This document shows, in pieces, positions 1 to 13,721 of a DNA stretch of 64,000 bases. Made by a program: the position numbers and the translations under genes. The notes under the pieces were generated by a model that saw nothing but the letters and a program-made list of their open reading frames with translations, was not told the origin of the DNA and ran no database searches. Origin of the DNA: Octopus vulgaris (lineage: Eukaryota); contig OX597814.1 of NCBI GenBank assembly GCA_951406725.2, positions 223,200,001 through 223,264,000 on the forward strand, in the 5' to 3' direction. The stretch's first letter is position 1; each line of letters begins with the position of its first letter.

Positions 1-390
1 GCAGAAAGTAACGGCAGATGAAGTGCGGCTAGGCATTTCGCCTGGCGTGCTAACGTTTCTGCCAAGCTCGCCGCCTTTTTATAAATACCAGTTCAGCACT
101 GAGGTCAATGTAATCGACTTACACTACTCCTTCAAAATTTCTGGCCTTGTGCCACAATTTAAAATCAAGCTGCGTGGGTGTTTGAAGCAGGGATCTGGCA
201 AATCTTTAGAAGCCGGAACAAGAAGTTTAGCGTCATTTCGATCGGCTTTACTTTCTGCGTATAAATTCCATTTACGGTTAGTTTGTATTTTAAGGTCGAT
301 AAAATTAGCACCAGTTAGGTACTGGAACCGATGTAATCGACTTACTCCCCCTCACAAAATTGCTGGAGATGCACCAAAATTCGAAATCAA
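1..390. mobile_element. SINE family A fragments (head on - strand at 1-78; 3' parts on + at ~80-170 and ~280-390)
   Basis: 1-78 is the reverse complement of the head seen at 1029 (AAGGCGGYGAGCTGGCAGAAACGTTAGCACGCC); downstream pieces match the family 3' body TACCAGTT...GTAATCGACTTAC...CTTGTGCC. Confidence 0.8.
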
Positions 391-1028
391 TACTTGCGTG
401 CGTGCGTGCGAGTGTTTGTGTGTATGTGTGTGTGTGTGTATATGTGTGTGTATGTGTGTGTGTGTTTCTGTCTCTATGGTTTGTGTGCATATATGTATGC
501 ATGCCGATGTATACTTTGATGCAGTACACTTTAATTGATATTTCAGAATCTCAGACTGTTTTAGATCAAGATCCCACTCCAACTTTCGTGTTTCGTACTA
601 ACCGTGTTTTCCAGAGAAAGAGAGAGAGAGAGAGAGAGAATTAGATTATAAACATGGATCATATAATATAATCAAAAAACGCACTTAGTTCAGGGGCGAA
701 TATTCCGGCTGTGCTTCGCGTGTGATACACAACCAGCGAAAATGGCAAATTCATTATAAATATAAACCTTACGCATTAATTTAATCACGAAACTTTTGGC
801 GTACCCCTGCTTGAAAATTGGTGCACTGAGTGTGACAGCACACCCCATACAACAACCACCATACCCTACAGTATTAGTTATATTCCGAATGCATTTAAAT
901 GTTTGTTTCACGAGGTTATATAACAAATAGCTACGCAGGTATTTATTCTTTACTCTCGTTACCATCGAAATATATTTTTAGTTTCAAATTCACCGCTCCC
1001 ACTTCCATGTTTAATATACTTCATATGT

Positions 1029-1280
1029 AAGGCGGTGAGCTGGCAGAAACATTAGCACGCCGGGCGAAATGCTTAGCGGTATTTCGTCTGCCGTTACGTT
1101 CTGAGTTCAAATTCCGCCGAGGTCGACTTTGCCTTTTATCCCTTCGGGGTCGATAAATTAAGTACCAGTTACGCCCTGGGGCCGATGTAATCGATTTAAT
1201 CCGTTTGTCTGTCCTTGTTTGTCCCCACTATGTTCAGCCCATTGTGGGCAATAAGAAAAATAAGAAACGTTAGCACGCTG
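1029..1280 (+). mobile_element. tRNA-derived SINE, family A
   Basis: A-box-like GAGCTGGCAG and B-box GAGTTCAAATTCC, then central block GTCGACTTTGCCTTTYATCCYTTCGGGGTCGATAAATTAAGTACCAG; many copies in the window. Confidence 0.9.
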
Positions 1281-2214
1281 TGGTTAATTTGTCTTTGCGA
1301 GAATTTGGTTAGTAATTGTTATTATTATTTATTGTTATTGTTGCCATTTATTGTTAAATTTTAAACTTTTCTTATTGTTCTATGTTTTGTTTTTTTACAG
1401 ACGTAGTTGACAGTTGTTCCCCTCCGTAAGGCGGGGATTAATGGAGAGTTGGGGAAGAAACCTCGAAGAATGTGGGTTGGTATTTTTATCGAAAAATAGT
1501 AATACTGAACATAAATCAGGACATTTTGCTTAAGGTAATGCTAGAAAGCTAATCATAATTTATTTTGATAAATAACAAATTCATCACATTTGTTTAGAAA
1601 TATTTTCCTTATTCGCAAATAGATGTTCCAGAGACTGAAGCAAATGAAACCAACAGTTCTGCCGCTCTAGTAAGTTTCGGCTACAGGTAGATAAGTGCAA
1701 TTATAATAGAACTTTGTATTGCTTGATTCCTGCGTGGAAGTATACTCAGCCAAGGAAGCAAAAAAAATTAGTTTATCGTTAATAAAGAAATATTTATGAG
1801 CAGAAATTCTTTTCTTGACAAAGATATTTATGAAGTCAATATGGAAAACTTAGTTAGGATTGGATTTAGATGCTTAATGCACATATGTCACGAAGTATGA
1901 AACGCATATGGCTATTTTAATCGAAGACAGCTTCTGTTGCACATAACGAATTTTATGCAGTCGGGCGACCAATAATAATGCAAAAATTATTCACACACTC
2001 TTTGCTATATCAGTAGCAACAAAAGACTTCGTCTTATCATAATGTTGGCTACGAGTTTATGTTACATAAAGTCCAATTAGGCAGAAATGCGTATCAAGCA
2101 TTCTCACTTGTCGCAGCTGTACGATTTTCGAAATTGTTTCATTTTCAACACAACACATTCAAAAGAGATACTAGCCACGGATACTTACTACTGTAGCTAT
2201 GTCTCTTGCGATGA

Positions 2215-2512
<298 letters not shown>

Positions 2513-2513
2513 G

Positions 2514-2550
<37 letters not shown>

Positions 2551-3033
2551 AATACACACACATCGAGAAAAAGACAAAGAGAGAGAGAGAGAGAGGAGAG
2601 AGGTGTATATATATATGTATATATATATGTATTTATACATATTCGCGCGCGCGCTTGTTTTATGCAGATCAGTAGCTTCAGTTATTTGGGATTGAAGTTC
2701 GTACACACGAATTGGATTCTTGTTTTTCTGGAAGTGACCAAGTAATATAGACGCCTTTTGATGAGGCCTTAATAATAGTCTAAAATCGATTTAGTAATTT
2801 TACATAAGTTTGTACGGATTCAATTCATACGTACGAAAAGCAGATATCTTAATGTATATTTTTGGGGCTACTAAGTCATGTATGTGTATATACGTATATA
2901 CATACACACACACAACTATAATATACATACATATACGTATATGTGTGTATGTGTGTATGTATATACGTATGTATGTATGTATGTATGTATGTATGTATGT
3001 ATGTATGTATGTATGTATGTATGTATGTATGTG

Positions 3034-3398
3034 CCATTATTTAGTTTTATATCAAGATATCTTGCCGATAAAGAGCTGGTTTCTAATTTAGATTCAAGGC
3101 CCCTTCATTGGAATTTCAACAACATGAACAGAATATATTTGTATCTATGTTTATGTGCGGATTTTTATGTTTCTATGTTTTTATGTATGACGTCTCATGC
3201 TTATACTTGCATATTTAGACATGCTTATATATACTTAAATGATAAACTTCTGAAAAGTTTTACAGATTTTTACAGTTCCAGTGATGGATTGAATCCAGTT
3301 TAGTCTTCGAATCAGCTTTCTCCTTTCTGGTTCTGAGAAGCCTTATTTCACAAGACTGGTATTTGGGTAGTGTATTACATATCCCAGGGTCTAAATAA
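3034..3398 (-). mobile_element. 5'-truncated 3' end of R4/Dong-like RLE non-LTR retrotransposon (copy B)
   Basis: Clear homology to 3456-3845; flanked by (TATG)n on both sides. Confidence 0.8.
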
Positions 3399-3455
3399 TG
3401 TATGTATGTATGTATGTATGTATGTATGTATGTATGTATGTATTATGTATGTATG

Positions 3456-4466
3456 TCATTATTCAGTTTATTTCAAGATTTCTTGCCGACACTGAAAGAA
3501 CATGTTTCTAACCTAGCTTGAAGGCTCCTTCAATGGAATTTCAACATCAGCAACAGGGTATTTTTGTATGTATGTATGTATGTATTTTTGTATGTATGTA
3601 TGTATGCATTTGCAAAATTGTATATTTTATGTATGTATATTCATGCATATAGTTGCATATATAGACATGCTCATATATATTTGAATGATAAACTTCTGGA
3701 AAGTTTTACAGATTTTTATAGTTTCAGAGATGGATTCAATGTGTAGTCTTAGAATTAGATTTCTCCTTTCTGGTTTTGAGCAGTCTAATTTCTCAAGATT
3801 TGTAATTTGGCAGTGCGCTACATGTCCAAGGGTATCAATAATTACAGGTATAAACCTGAACTTGTAACCTGGATAGAGTAACTGTAGATTTTTCAATAGT
3901 TCAGCATAGACGTTCTCTTCTTCACTGATCTTCAGCTTTATGCTAACATCCGCTGGGCAGCTAATTTCCACAACTGTGTACAGCTCATCGTGTCTATCAC
4001 AAATCATAATATCGCGTCTGTTGTGCTTGCATATTATTGAGGTCTTTGCTGGGACATTCCTTTTTATTACGAGTGGCTATAGCTTCTACCATATTGTGGG
4101 TTCTTATTTCTTTGTCAGCGAGATTATCCTTCCGACGGATTTCATTATAGCTACAATATCATGCCTCATCGGTAGATAATACCGTGATGATATTTTCAGA
4201 CAACTGCTTATGATGTGGGTGTTATCTTCACTGTGAACTCCATAAAGTCTGCATCTGTTGTCACGTCTTACCGCTTTTCCTGTATCTCTATCCCTTTTCT
4301 GCTTCAGACACTTGGTTGATATTTCCGGTTCCTGGATTGCGAACGCATACCTTACAAATTAGGAGGTAGTAATCTGGCTGCTGGGCCATGATAAACTGCT
4401 TTGATGATCGATGTTACTATCATTTCTGAGCTTTCTACTAATATATCCTTGCATAATCTTTTGTTC
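3456..4466 (-). mobile_element. 5'-truncated R4/Dong-like non-LTR retrotransposon (CCHC knuckle and restriction-like endonuclease relic)
   Basis: - strand reads CRLYGVHSEDNTHIISSC...YYLPMRHDIVA (zinc knuckle + RHD), then KHNRRDIMICDR...VVEISCP...FIPVII (PD-(D/E)xK-type RLE; ORF 3627-4007); flanked by (TATG)n. Confidence 0.85.
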
Positions 4467-4897
4467 TACGTATGTATGTATGCATGCATGTATGTATGTA
4501 CGTATGTATGTATGCATGTATGTATGTTTGTATGCATGTATGCATGTCTCTCTGTATGTATAGAAGTCAATCGATTTGCAGAGTCATGTTTGATAGCATA
4601 GAATAAGTTGAAACATATTCTAGTTACCCCTTCTTTTAGTAAATACTGTTCATTTCACCTCCCTTCCTTTCACGCTCCGTAGATAATGAAACACGCCAGT
4701 TGTAGTGCGATACCCTCTTTTTTCATATAATGTACATTGAATGATCCGCTAGGTGTAAAATGACGGACGAGATACGGAGTGTGTCTACTCGTGGTTAAAT
4801 GAGCACCCAAAACAATTAGCTGAAGCACGAAACATGCTGCTAATCAACAATCTTAGTGAGTGACGGTTATACATATGCATTCATAAATTTGTGTGTG

Positions 4898-4944
<47 letters not shown>

Positions 4945-5424
4945 GTATGTGTGCGCGCGGGCCTAGCAGGAAATATTTTACGATTGCAAAATTTATAAAT
5001 CGAACACCTATCGCTATATTCGATGCAAAAAACAATCAAAAATACGATTGTGATTCGCTAGAATAATACTAACATCATCAAAAACATTTAACCATCAAAG
5101 ACTTTCTGCGAAACAAAGTTTAACAAGCGTCTTCAGTACACTTTTTTCTGAAGAAGAATACGACTATGTATTCAGCGTATTTTAGCCACTACAACAGATC
5201 GCACATCGCTGAGTGCAGACTGGACGCAAAAACGGTGATCAGCATTAAGTAACAGAGTCCAGCGGCACACCAGAGCGCTCTGACAACACAAAAACAATGG
5301 ACGGTGGCAACAGCAACGCACGCTGATTAGCTAAGTTCAAGGGATTCTCGACAGCAACTACTATCATATCTAGTCCAAGAACAATAAGCTTCGAAATATC
5401 TCGGCGTTTATTGTTGTCAGTAAC

Positions 5425-5637
5425 CACAACATTTGTTAGTTAATGTTTTGACTCAAAAAGCAAAAAGCAAGGCCATGTAGGGGGACATGGATTTATGTAC
5501 AGGGTGGTGTTCATGTAAAGAGTTCAGGCCACTTGACGTCAAGGGAGACTTTGAATCGAGCGGTTGTCGGCATCTTCACCATCTCGTCTGGCAGCTTATT
5601 CCACGGATCCGCAACCCGGACGGAGAAATCCCCTCCC
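5425..5637 (-). mobile_element. CR1/L2-group LINE extreme 3' fragment
   Basis: - strand reads FSVRVADPWNKLPDEMVKMPTTARFKVSLD, the typical ORF2 C-terminal WNxLP...FKxxLD motif. Confidence 0.75.
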
Positions 5638-5739
5638 CTTCGATTGAGATGAAATCATCGCAGATAGAGCTTTTGTTTGTTAACAATACAAAAAGTATTA
5701 CTTCATCAAAAATTTGAACCAGATTTCTGTACTCTTTAA

Positions 5740-5995
5740 CGCGATTGTACTTCCGTGAAGAAGTCTAGTAAAGCGATCTTGTTTCGTAGCTATGTCAGCG
5801 AAGGGTCATAATATTTTCTCATATCGCATTACCTAATTCGGGGATTCTGTATTTCGCTTTATTAAGTATTTCTCATTTGTGTCATTGCGTTGACACTTTT
5901 GGTCCTGCTTTATCGATCTAATGTTTAATTCTGTCGATGTGGGTGCGTTCAAAATTATTTAAATTTACGTACTTTCTTTACTACACTATGCTACA
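5740..5995. repeat. Unclassified ~250 bp interspersed repeat, copy 1
   Basis: Same sequence and orientation as 29812-30093 (GAAGAAGTCTA...GCTATGTCAGCGAAGGGTCAT...TTACGTACT). Confidence 0.8.
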
Positions 5996-6099
5996 TATCA
6001 GAGGATGTTTCAAATAATTGTGTAGCACAGTCAACGATGGTGCACCAGCAACTGTAGCTATGAAGCTGAAATAATTTCAAGATTTAAATATTTATATAT

Positions 6100-6790
6100 T
6101 CTGAGGTCCTTTAAAACAAGAGAGCAAGAAACTATGTAGAGCCTGTGGAGAACATTTGTTCTCAGCCGCCTGAACTACTGCTCCCAGTTATGGTCACCAC
6201 ATAGTGCCAAACTAACAGCGGAGCTTTAGGTAATCCAACGCAACTATGCTAAAATGTTAAAAATAGTGCAGTGGATGAGCTACAGGGATAGACTGAAAAA
6301 AACTACAACTTTTCTCCCTGGAGTGAAGGTGCGACAGACATGTAATAATCTACACATGGAAGACCCTAGGACTAGTATAATTTCGGCATTGAGTGTTATA
6401 TAAATGCCAGAAATGACTGCCATTTTATTGTACTTAAGGTACCACCCAGTCCATCTAAATCTAGGAGCAGGTACTGCAAAAGTCTAGAATTCAAAGGGCC
6501 ACAGCTCTTCAATGCCCTGCCATAAAAATTAAGAAATCTGCATAAGGTGGAAGTAAATGTCTTCAAAAAGGAACAATATATCCTTCTCTCCACAATACCG
6601 GATGAACCAATAGCCCGACCTGAGGTACAGACTTGAGGCAGCGGAATCAAACTCCCTTATATACCATATCAGCCGAGAGGTGGTACATAGAGGCGTGGTG
6701 ATGTGAAACACTCCAGAATGAGGATATCAGAAAGGTCACAGTGGTGCTCCAGCCCGACCGCAGCCACGTGACTAAAACAAGTAATTAGAA
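6100..6790 (+). mobile_element. Degenerate CR1-group LINE 3' end
   Basis: Reads LWRTFVLSRLNYCSQLWSPH...IQR...SYRDRLKKLQLFSLE...KGPQLFNALP...PDEP...SNSL with stops; 3' UTR ends GTGGTGCTCCAGC...TGACTAAAACAAGTAA. Confidence 0.85.
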
Positions 6791-6824
6791 TATGAATACA
6801 CACACACGCACACACACACACACA

Positions 6825-6901
<77 letters not shown>

Positions 6902-7307
6902 CCAACGACAAATAATAGAATATTTGGTACATTTATTCTTTATATATATATAAAATGCAACACGCTGGTAGCTCCATTATTTCATGTATAAATATAAATA
7001 AATATTTGTATTCAGTGTAGTAATTCAACATACATTTGAAACAATGTAAATCTCTGTTTTTATGCATATTCCTTTTCGGCAAAATATATATCTATTATAA
7101 ATTATCAAAACGCACGCAACGAAAGAAGAAACGTAATCCCCAAAATTCCATTTTTGGACTTGGTATGTTATATACCACAACCAATTTGTCAGTCAAGAAA
7201 TTTCAATCTGTATTTATGGTTATTTTTTTTTCAAGGAAAATTATCCATTTCTATGCTTGCTGGTAGTCAGTGTTCGCAAGAGTACTTACCGAAAATCTTC
7301 CTTTAAT

Positions 7308-7527
7308 GTGTCTCTCCTTACTAACTGACGGTTAGTAAGGAGAGACACAAATAAGAAAGAAGAAAACAAAGGACCACTGATGCGGTCACAGGAGTGTGAC
7401 GAAAGAACTCTGGCCGAAATAAGATTAAGATTAATGTAAAAAATAAATAACACTGAAGCAAAATAACACCAAATATATAGAGCGTGTGTTTTTATTGGCT
7501 AAACTGGCAAAATGACCATTCCGAAAT
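7308..7527 (+). mobile_element. Non-coding PLE-pLTR-like element with hammerhead-like motif, copy 1, with 18-bp terminal fold-back
   Basis: Near-identical to the reverse complement of 38812-39023; perfect hairpin 7308-7325/7331-7348; HHR-like motif at 7371-7415. Confidence 0.7.
7371..7415 (+). ncRNA. Variant type I hammerhead-like motif (core CUGAUGCG)
   Basis: GGACCA-CTGATGCG-GTCACA-ggag-TGTGAC-GAAA-GAAC-TC-TGGCC: stem I, core, 6-bp stem II, GAAA, minimal stem III, CUC triplet. Confidence 0.6.
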
Positions 7528-7591
7528 ATAACAATATCTGTTTCAACACACAACTTCACATAAAAAATCTTGCACAACAAATATTTAAACG

Positions 7592-7652
<61 letters not shown>

Positions 7653-7793
7653 GTATGTATGGATGGATGGATAGATGGATGCATGCATTATGTATATATA
7701 CACACACATATAAATAGATACGTACATACATACATATATAAATACCTATATACATATATATGTGTATATGTATGTATTCATACATATTTCTAC

Positions 7794-7874
<81 letters not shown>

Positions 7875-9213
7875 TACATATATATAGATCAACACATAGA
7901 CATACACACACATATATGAATGTCGGGGTTCAGTGAGATGATGATATCGAACCTACATATACTCTACATAACTCCTGCTCGATAGGAATGTACATTTATT
8001 GAGCAAAAGTTATGTAATGTATACACATATGTGGGTTTCGTGTATTAGTGACTAGTTTTCAATTATAATAGAGGCGTAAATAAAGCAATTATTATTCATT
8101 TCAAGTTTGTTGTCTGGAATTACATTAATTTGAATTACTTCCGTTTATATGATCACACTAATTAAAGTAGTTGCTTCCTAAATAATACTGCTTGGAGTAT
8201 TAAATATGCGCACGTAAATATAGTTTATAATCGCTGCTAGTTACCTTTAAATTCATTGCGATAATGTTCAGATTTTCTCCACTGATTTTGCAGAACAAAC
8301 ACATTTATTAGTGACATTTTTAGTATTCTTTACCCTGCAGAACTTGACCTATTTCTAAAAATTAGTGATATGTTCTAATGGTTGTCTCTCCTTTATAATG
8401 TGATTTCCAAATATGCTGGGAGGTTATTTGTTTTATACAGCTGTCGGTAACTGAATGAGGACCTGTAATGCTGTCTTTAACTTGCTCGCCACTTGCAGCT
8501 ATAAACGATCCAGGAAACATTTTAGACATCTGAAATATTCTAAACAATCGCTGAACTGAAGGTCTAAATACTAGAAAATGGGAACTAGAGATGCCTGCCT
8601 GCATTGAAAGGAACCATACAATGAATTTGCAACATTTACAATTGGGACGCAAATGTAGACATATGTAAAGAATGTAACTTACTGTGAACTCACAATGCTG
8701 TGAATTAACTGAATATCAAGAAAAATAGCATATATATTCTATGATTTTAGGACACCAGATTTATTCAATGTGTTGTCCCAAATCAAAATCAGAAACATGA
8801 AGTAGTATTTGAAGTAGCAGTCTGTAAAAGAACTGATATATTATCACAAACATATACAAGGAAATGAATCTATGTACCATATGTGACCCCTGATTCCTTT
8901 ATACTTCTGTCTGTCTATCGTACCTCCTTTCTCTCTTAAAAATGTTATATATATCTTTTTTATAATGCTTCATCACAAGTGCAAATTCATGTTCACAAAA
9001 ATGCGCGCAAAGAAACATAAGTACAAGCACACGTATGTCAAACACTCATGCACGCATAAAGAAGCACAATCACATACAATATACACACACTGGTTTCGAA
9101 CAAACAATATATACCATTTTAGGCTTTCTGTAAATTCCCATGCATATACGAATATATTCTGTCTTAAGGATAATTTTTAAAATCTCGGAAATATATATAT
9201 ATATATATATTCA

Positions 9214-9830
9214 CGGCGAGCTGGCAGAAACGTTAGCATACCGGGCGACATGCTTAGCGGTATTTCGTCTATCTTTACGTTCTGAATTCAAATTCCGTCG
9301 AGGTCGACTTTGCCTTTCCCCTTTCGGAGTCGGTAAATTAATGTTCCAGTTGCGTTCTGGGGTAGAGTTAATTGACTGGCCCCCTCCCCGAAAATTGTGC
9401 CTAGAGTAGAAAAGAATACCTTACTGCGGTCAAAAATGGCGAGATGGCAGATTCGTTAGCATGCGGAACAAAATACTTAGCAGTTTTTCGTCCGTCCTTA
9501 CGTTCTGTGTTCAAATTCCGCTGAGGTTGATTTTGCTTGAGTACTGAGGTCAATGTAATTGACTTACACTCTTCCCGAAAATTGCTGACCTTGTGCCAAA
9601 ATTAGAAACCAATGTTATAGTATACTTTAAGGCAGCGAGTTGGCAGAAACGTTAGCACACCCAGCATTTAAACTATCTTTACTTCTCGAGCGGAAACTCC
9701 ACTGCGATTGACTTTGACTTCCATCCCTTCAGGGTCGACAAAATAAGTATCAGTTGAGGACAAGGGGAAAACTAACCGACTTACCCACTGCCCCGAATTT
9801 GCTGTTCATGTGCCACAATCTGAAACCAAT
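9214..9830 (+). mobile_element. Three head-to-tail SINE family A copies (~9214-9415, 9437-9612, 9629-9830)
   Basis: Three GGCRGCGAGxTGGCAGA heads, each followed by the family body. Confidence 0.85.
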
Positions 9831-10130
9831 ATCTTAATACGTTTCAAACGGTGCCAATTATTTTGTTGATACTCTGGACATTATTTGTAGATTGATAACC
9901 GCCATACATCAATCTTTTTATATTTTAGCAAAACATGGTTGCCGGAAATATATTTGCCTGAAACGGTCTTATTGTATTGCGTAGGACTGGAACAGCAGTC
10001 CCCTTCACTCCCACCACTCCTCTCCTCTCTCCTCTCTCTCCCTCTCTTCCTCCTTTACTCTTTCTCTTCATCTACAGAGAAATTTATATAGTCGTTTGTA
10101 TCACACGCTAAGATGTTCAGAAATATAATT

Positions 10131-10190
<60 letters not shown>

Positions 10191-11093
10191 TAAAGACAAC
10201 ATTATTATTATCATCCATTATAGTCTAGTAGTGTAACCCAGAACGGACCTGAGACTTCTTATCTTTGCAGGCATTTAACATGGCGTCGCGCAGCAAGTGT
10301 AATAACTGTTTCCTATTGTCAAAATTTTAACGATATAGTGAGTAATGAGATAAATACATTTTCTGTAGACATAGCATATGGTATAGGCATATAGACATAC
10401 AAAAGATACCAATGTATATGAATGGATTTATAGGTGTGTACAAGCCTATCTGTTGCATTATGTGTGTGTTTGTGACTATTTTATGTGCGTTCTTCTGTGT
10501 GCGCATGTGTCGTTTTGTATTCTTACATATATATATATATATATCCGTCATTCTGTTCTCACACTAAAATGTATCACACCTCGCCCGCCAAACCGCCTTT
10601 TCATTCTCCCTCTGTCGCTCCTTCCCTTCTCTCTCACCCACGCATTCACTTTTGTTCTCACTCAATCACTCTCTCTCTCTATCTCTTTCTCTCTCTCCCT
10701 CTCTTTCTCTCTCTTGCTCTGTCATTCTGTAAAAGCTATTATAAAAATGACCAAAGGTGTTTCCGAAATGTCTACATCTTATTTGATAGGAAATTTAGTT
10801 TTCGTTTCTCTTAACGATATTCATAGCAGCAAAAATATCCATACACCATCTGCTGTAAAAGATAATCATACTTACAGACCAAAATAAATACTCACAGTCA
10901 CTGGATATATTGAGACACACAAAGTTACACGTATACAGTAGCGTGTAAACATATGTATAAAACTGAAATTAGTATACACACATATACATACAAATTGTTG
11001 TATCGAAATATACAAACACACACACACATGCACACGCGCACACACACACACACACTCTCTCTCTCACACACACACACAGACACACACACACAC

Positions 11094-11129
<36 letters not shown>

Positions 11130-11256
11130 ATGTATTTATGTATGAATATATGTATATATAAATTTATATATATATATATATGCATATACGTATGTATGTA
11201 TATATATATACACACACACATATGTATATATATTTATATATATATATATATGTATG

Positions 11257-11371
<115 letters not shown>

Positions 11372-11799
11372 CAACACACAAACACACACACATATTTTAT
11401 ATATGTATACACACACATACACGAAAGAATTCTCTCAGTTTAACGAATCCATTCGCAAGCATTTGGTAGGTCTGACAAGATGAGTTATCGAAGACGATTG
11501 CTCCCATAAGTACCGAAATAAAATTTCGGATTTATGGAGAATCAAAGTTGGGAACAAAAACAGTGGAGACATACAAGGAAACCGAACGAAAACAAACATG
11601 GAGGGTTGTTAGACCAGAACGAGGGTAAAATAGCAAACGCAGGACAAATATTTTCTTTGACAAGAGAAAGATAGAAGAGAGAGATAGGTCAGACCTGAAG
11701 GAAAAGAAAGTTGATCACGTGAGGAGGAGAAAGATGGACGATGGTCCATATATATATATATATATATATACATATATATTATATATGTATAAATAGACG

Positions 11800-11828
<29 letters not shown>

Positions 11829-11831
<3 letters not shown>

Positions 11832-12133
11832 GAGCCGCAATGGCCCAGTGGTTAGAGCAGCGGACGCGTGGTCGTTGTATAGCGGTGTCGTTTCCCAGAC
11901 CGGGCGTTGTGAGTGTTTATTGAGCGAAAACACCTAAAGCTCCACGAGGCCCCGGCAGGGTGGCGGTGGCGATCCTTGCTGTATTCTTTCACCATAACTT
12001 TCTCCCACTCTTTCTTCTGTTGGCCTGCTCGCTTAGCCAGCGGGGTGGCGTCATTTGAAGGCTAAAACAGTACGAAGCGCATTGTGACCAGCGATGTGTA
12101 GCAACATCTGATAGCCTGTGTAGCAACATCTGA
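11829..12133 (+). mobile_element. tRNA-derived SINE, family C head with alternative 3' body
   Basis: GGAGCCGCAATGGCCCAGTGGTTAGAGCAGCGGAC head shared with 22993(-) and 43948(-); 3' body also seen at 38677-38770. Confidence 0.85.
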
Positions 12134-13096
12134 TATATATATATATATATATATATTTCTTCCTTGGATTGTATTGATCATTGCCCTTACATGTGGGATG
12201 TTGTTGTTGATGTGTAAATAAACATTTTGAACTACATTACTTTAACAATCACAACATTGATTATTATAAAATCACAGACACTCCATCCACTATTTCTCTT
12301 GCTTTTTTCTAGCGCTGCTATTTATTCTGCTCCTTGTGGACTGAACTCATTACAATTACACACATCGCTTTCTTACGTCATCTTTTTTGTAGCCTACACT
12401 CAAGGGTACTCATCAACTAATGATCCATCTTCCCTCGCACAGCTTCCGTTCTCTGCAATTCCTCGCGTGAAAATGCATTTCCGGTCAACAAGAAGAGCCA
12501 CTCGTTTCAAAATAACAACAACATGAATCGCAATGAATTATAGGAGCTTGCAAATGGCATGGGCACTATCTTTTCTTTTACAGTAAGCAAGTAGAAAATG
12601 TCAATGTTATGTACGTCTCGCTCGCGCGCTAGGCTCACATCGCCTTTGATTTCCATCCTTGCTGGGTCAGTAAGAACACACTAGTTTAAAACTGTGGTAG
12701 TTTTTCCCTTTTTCCCTCCTCTATTTTTCTCTTTCTCTAGCTCTAATCCTCTCTAGAAAATGTTCCATGAGTTGACATATTGAAAGAGTTTAAAATAACC
12801 AAGACGTCGTGTCACATGACGGTCCTCCTCTGGAACCCTGAAGAGGTAAGCGGCTATGATCACCACACCTACGTTAACAACATCATCACTAAATTCATGC
12901 ATTCATGCATACATACATACATACATATACACACACACACATACACACACATATATGTATGCAAGTATGCATATATATATACATACACATATACATACAT
13001 ACAGCCGCACCAATACACACACACATACTATGTAAGAAAGGAAGCGTGGTGAGTAATCTGTGTGTGTGTAGACATACATACATATATACATTATAC

Positions 13097-13141
<45 letters not shown>

Positions 13142-13145
<4 letters not shown>

Positions 13146-13721
13146 TAACAAAGGGTGAAATTAATTAATTAAGAAGTAACCAGTAATTTCACCAAGTAGA
13201 ATTCGGCATGTAAAAGACCAGGTAAGCTTAAGTAATACTAAATAATTAGGGTTCAGCAACGATTTGCCTCACCACACACCGAATTCAGAAATAGCAGTCA
13301 AAAAGTCTTTGCTATTCCTTCTACTTTAAAGGGAGATCCCAGTAAAACCGAAGCACTCAAGAACAAACCACGCAGGTAAAAGAGAAAGAAATGACGAAAA
13401 TCATTCTATATTAAGTTGCCTACGGACGCGCGTTTCGGAATTAAGCCAGTATAGAGCATAAAAAATAAATAATTATACCTTACCCGACTATTTTCCTCAT
13501 CAACTCTATACTGGCTTAATTCCGAAACGCGCGTCCGTAGGCAACTTAATATAGAATGATTTTCGTCATTTCTTTCTCTTTTACGTGCGTGGTTTGTTCT
13601 TGAGTGCTTTGGTTTTACTGGGATCTCCCTTTAAAGTAGAAGGAATAGCAAAGACTTTTTGACTGCTATTTCTAAATTCGGTGTGTGGTGAGGCAAATCG
13701 TTGCTGAACCCTAATTATTTA

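Noticed and set aside
1400-2180. Possible piggyBac-like transposase relic with an AG..GT-bounded segment at 1401-1534
   Set aside because: Only vague motif resemblance, stops in all frames, no TIR/TTAA identified
2750-2800. TTGATGAGGCC...GTCTAAAATCGAT, and similar partial cores at 5148, 27183, 45425 and 58644
   Set aside because: Too many core or stem defects to call hammerheads without a family consensus
8362-8652. 96-aa non-repetitive ORF on the - strand
   Set aside because: No recognisable domain, non-ATG start and no clear splice donor
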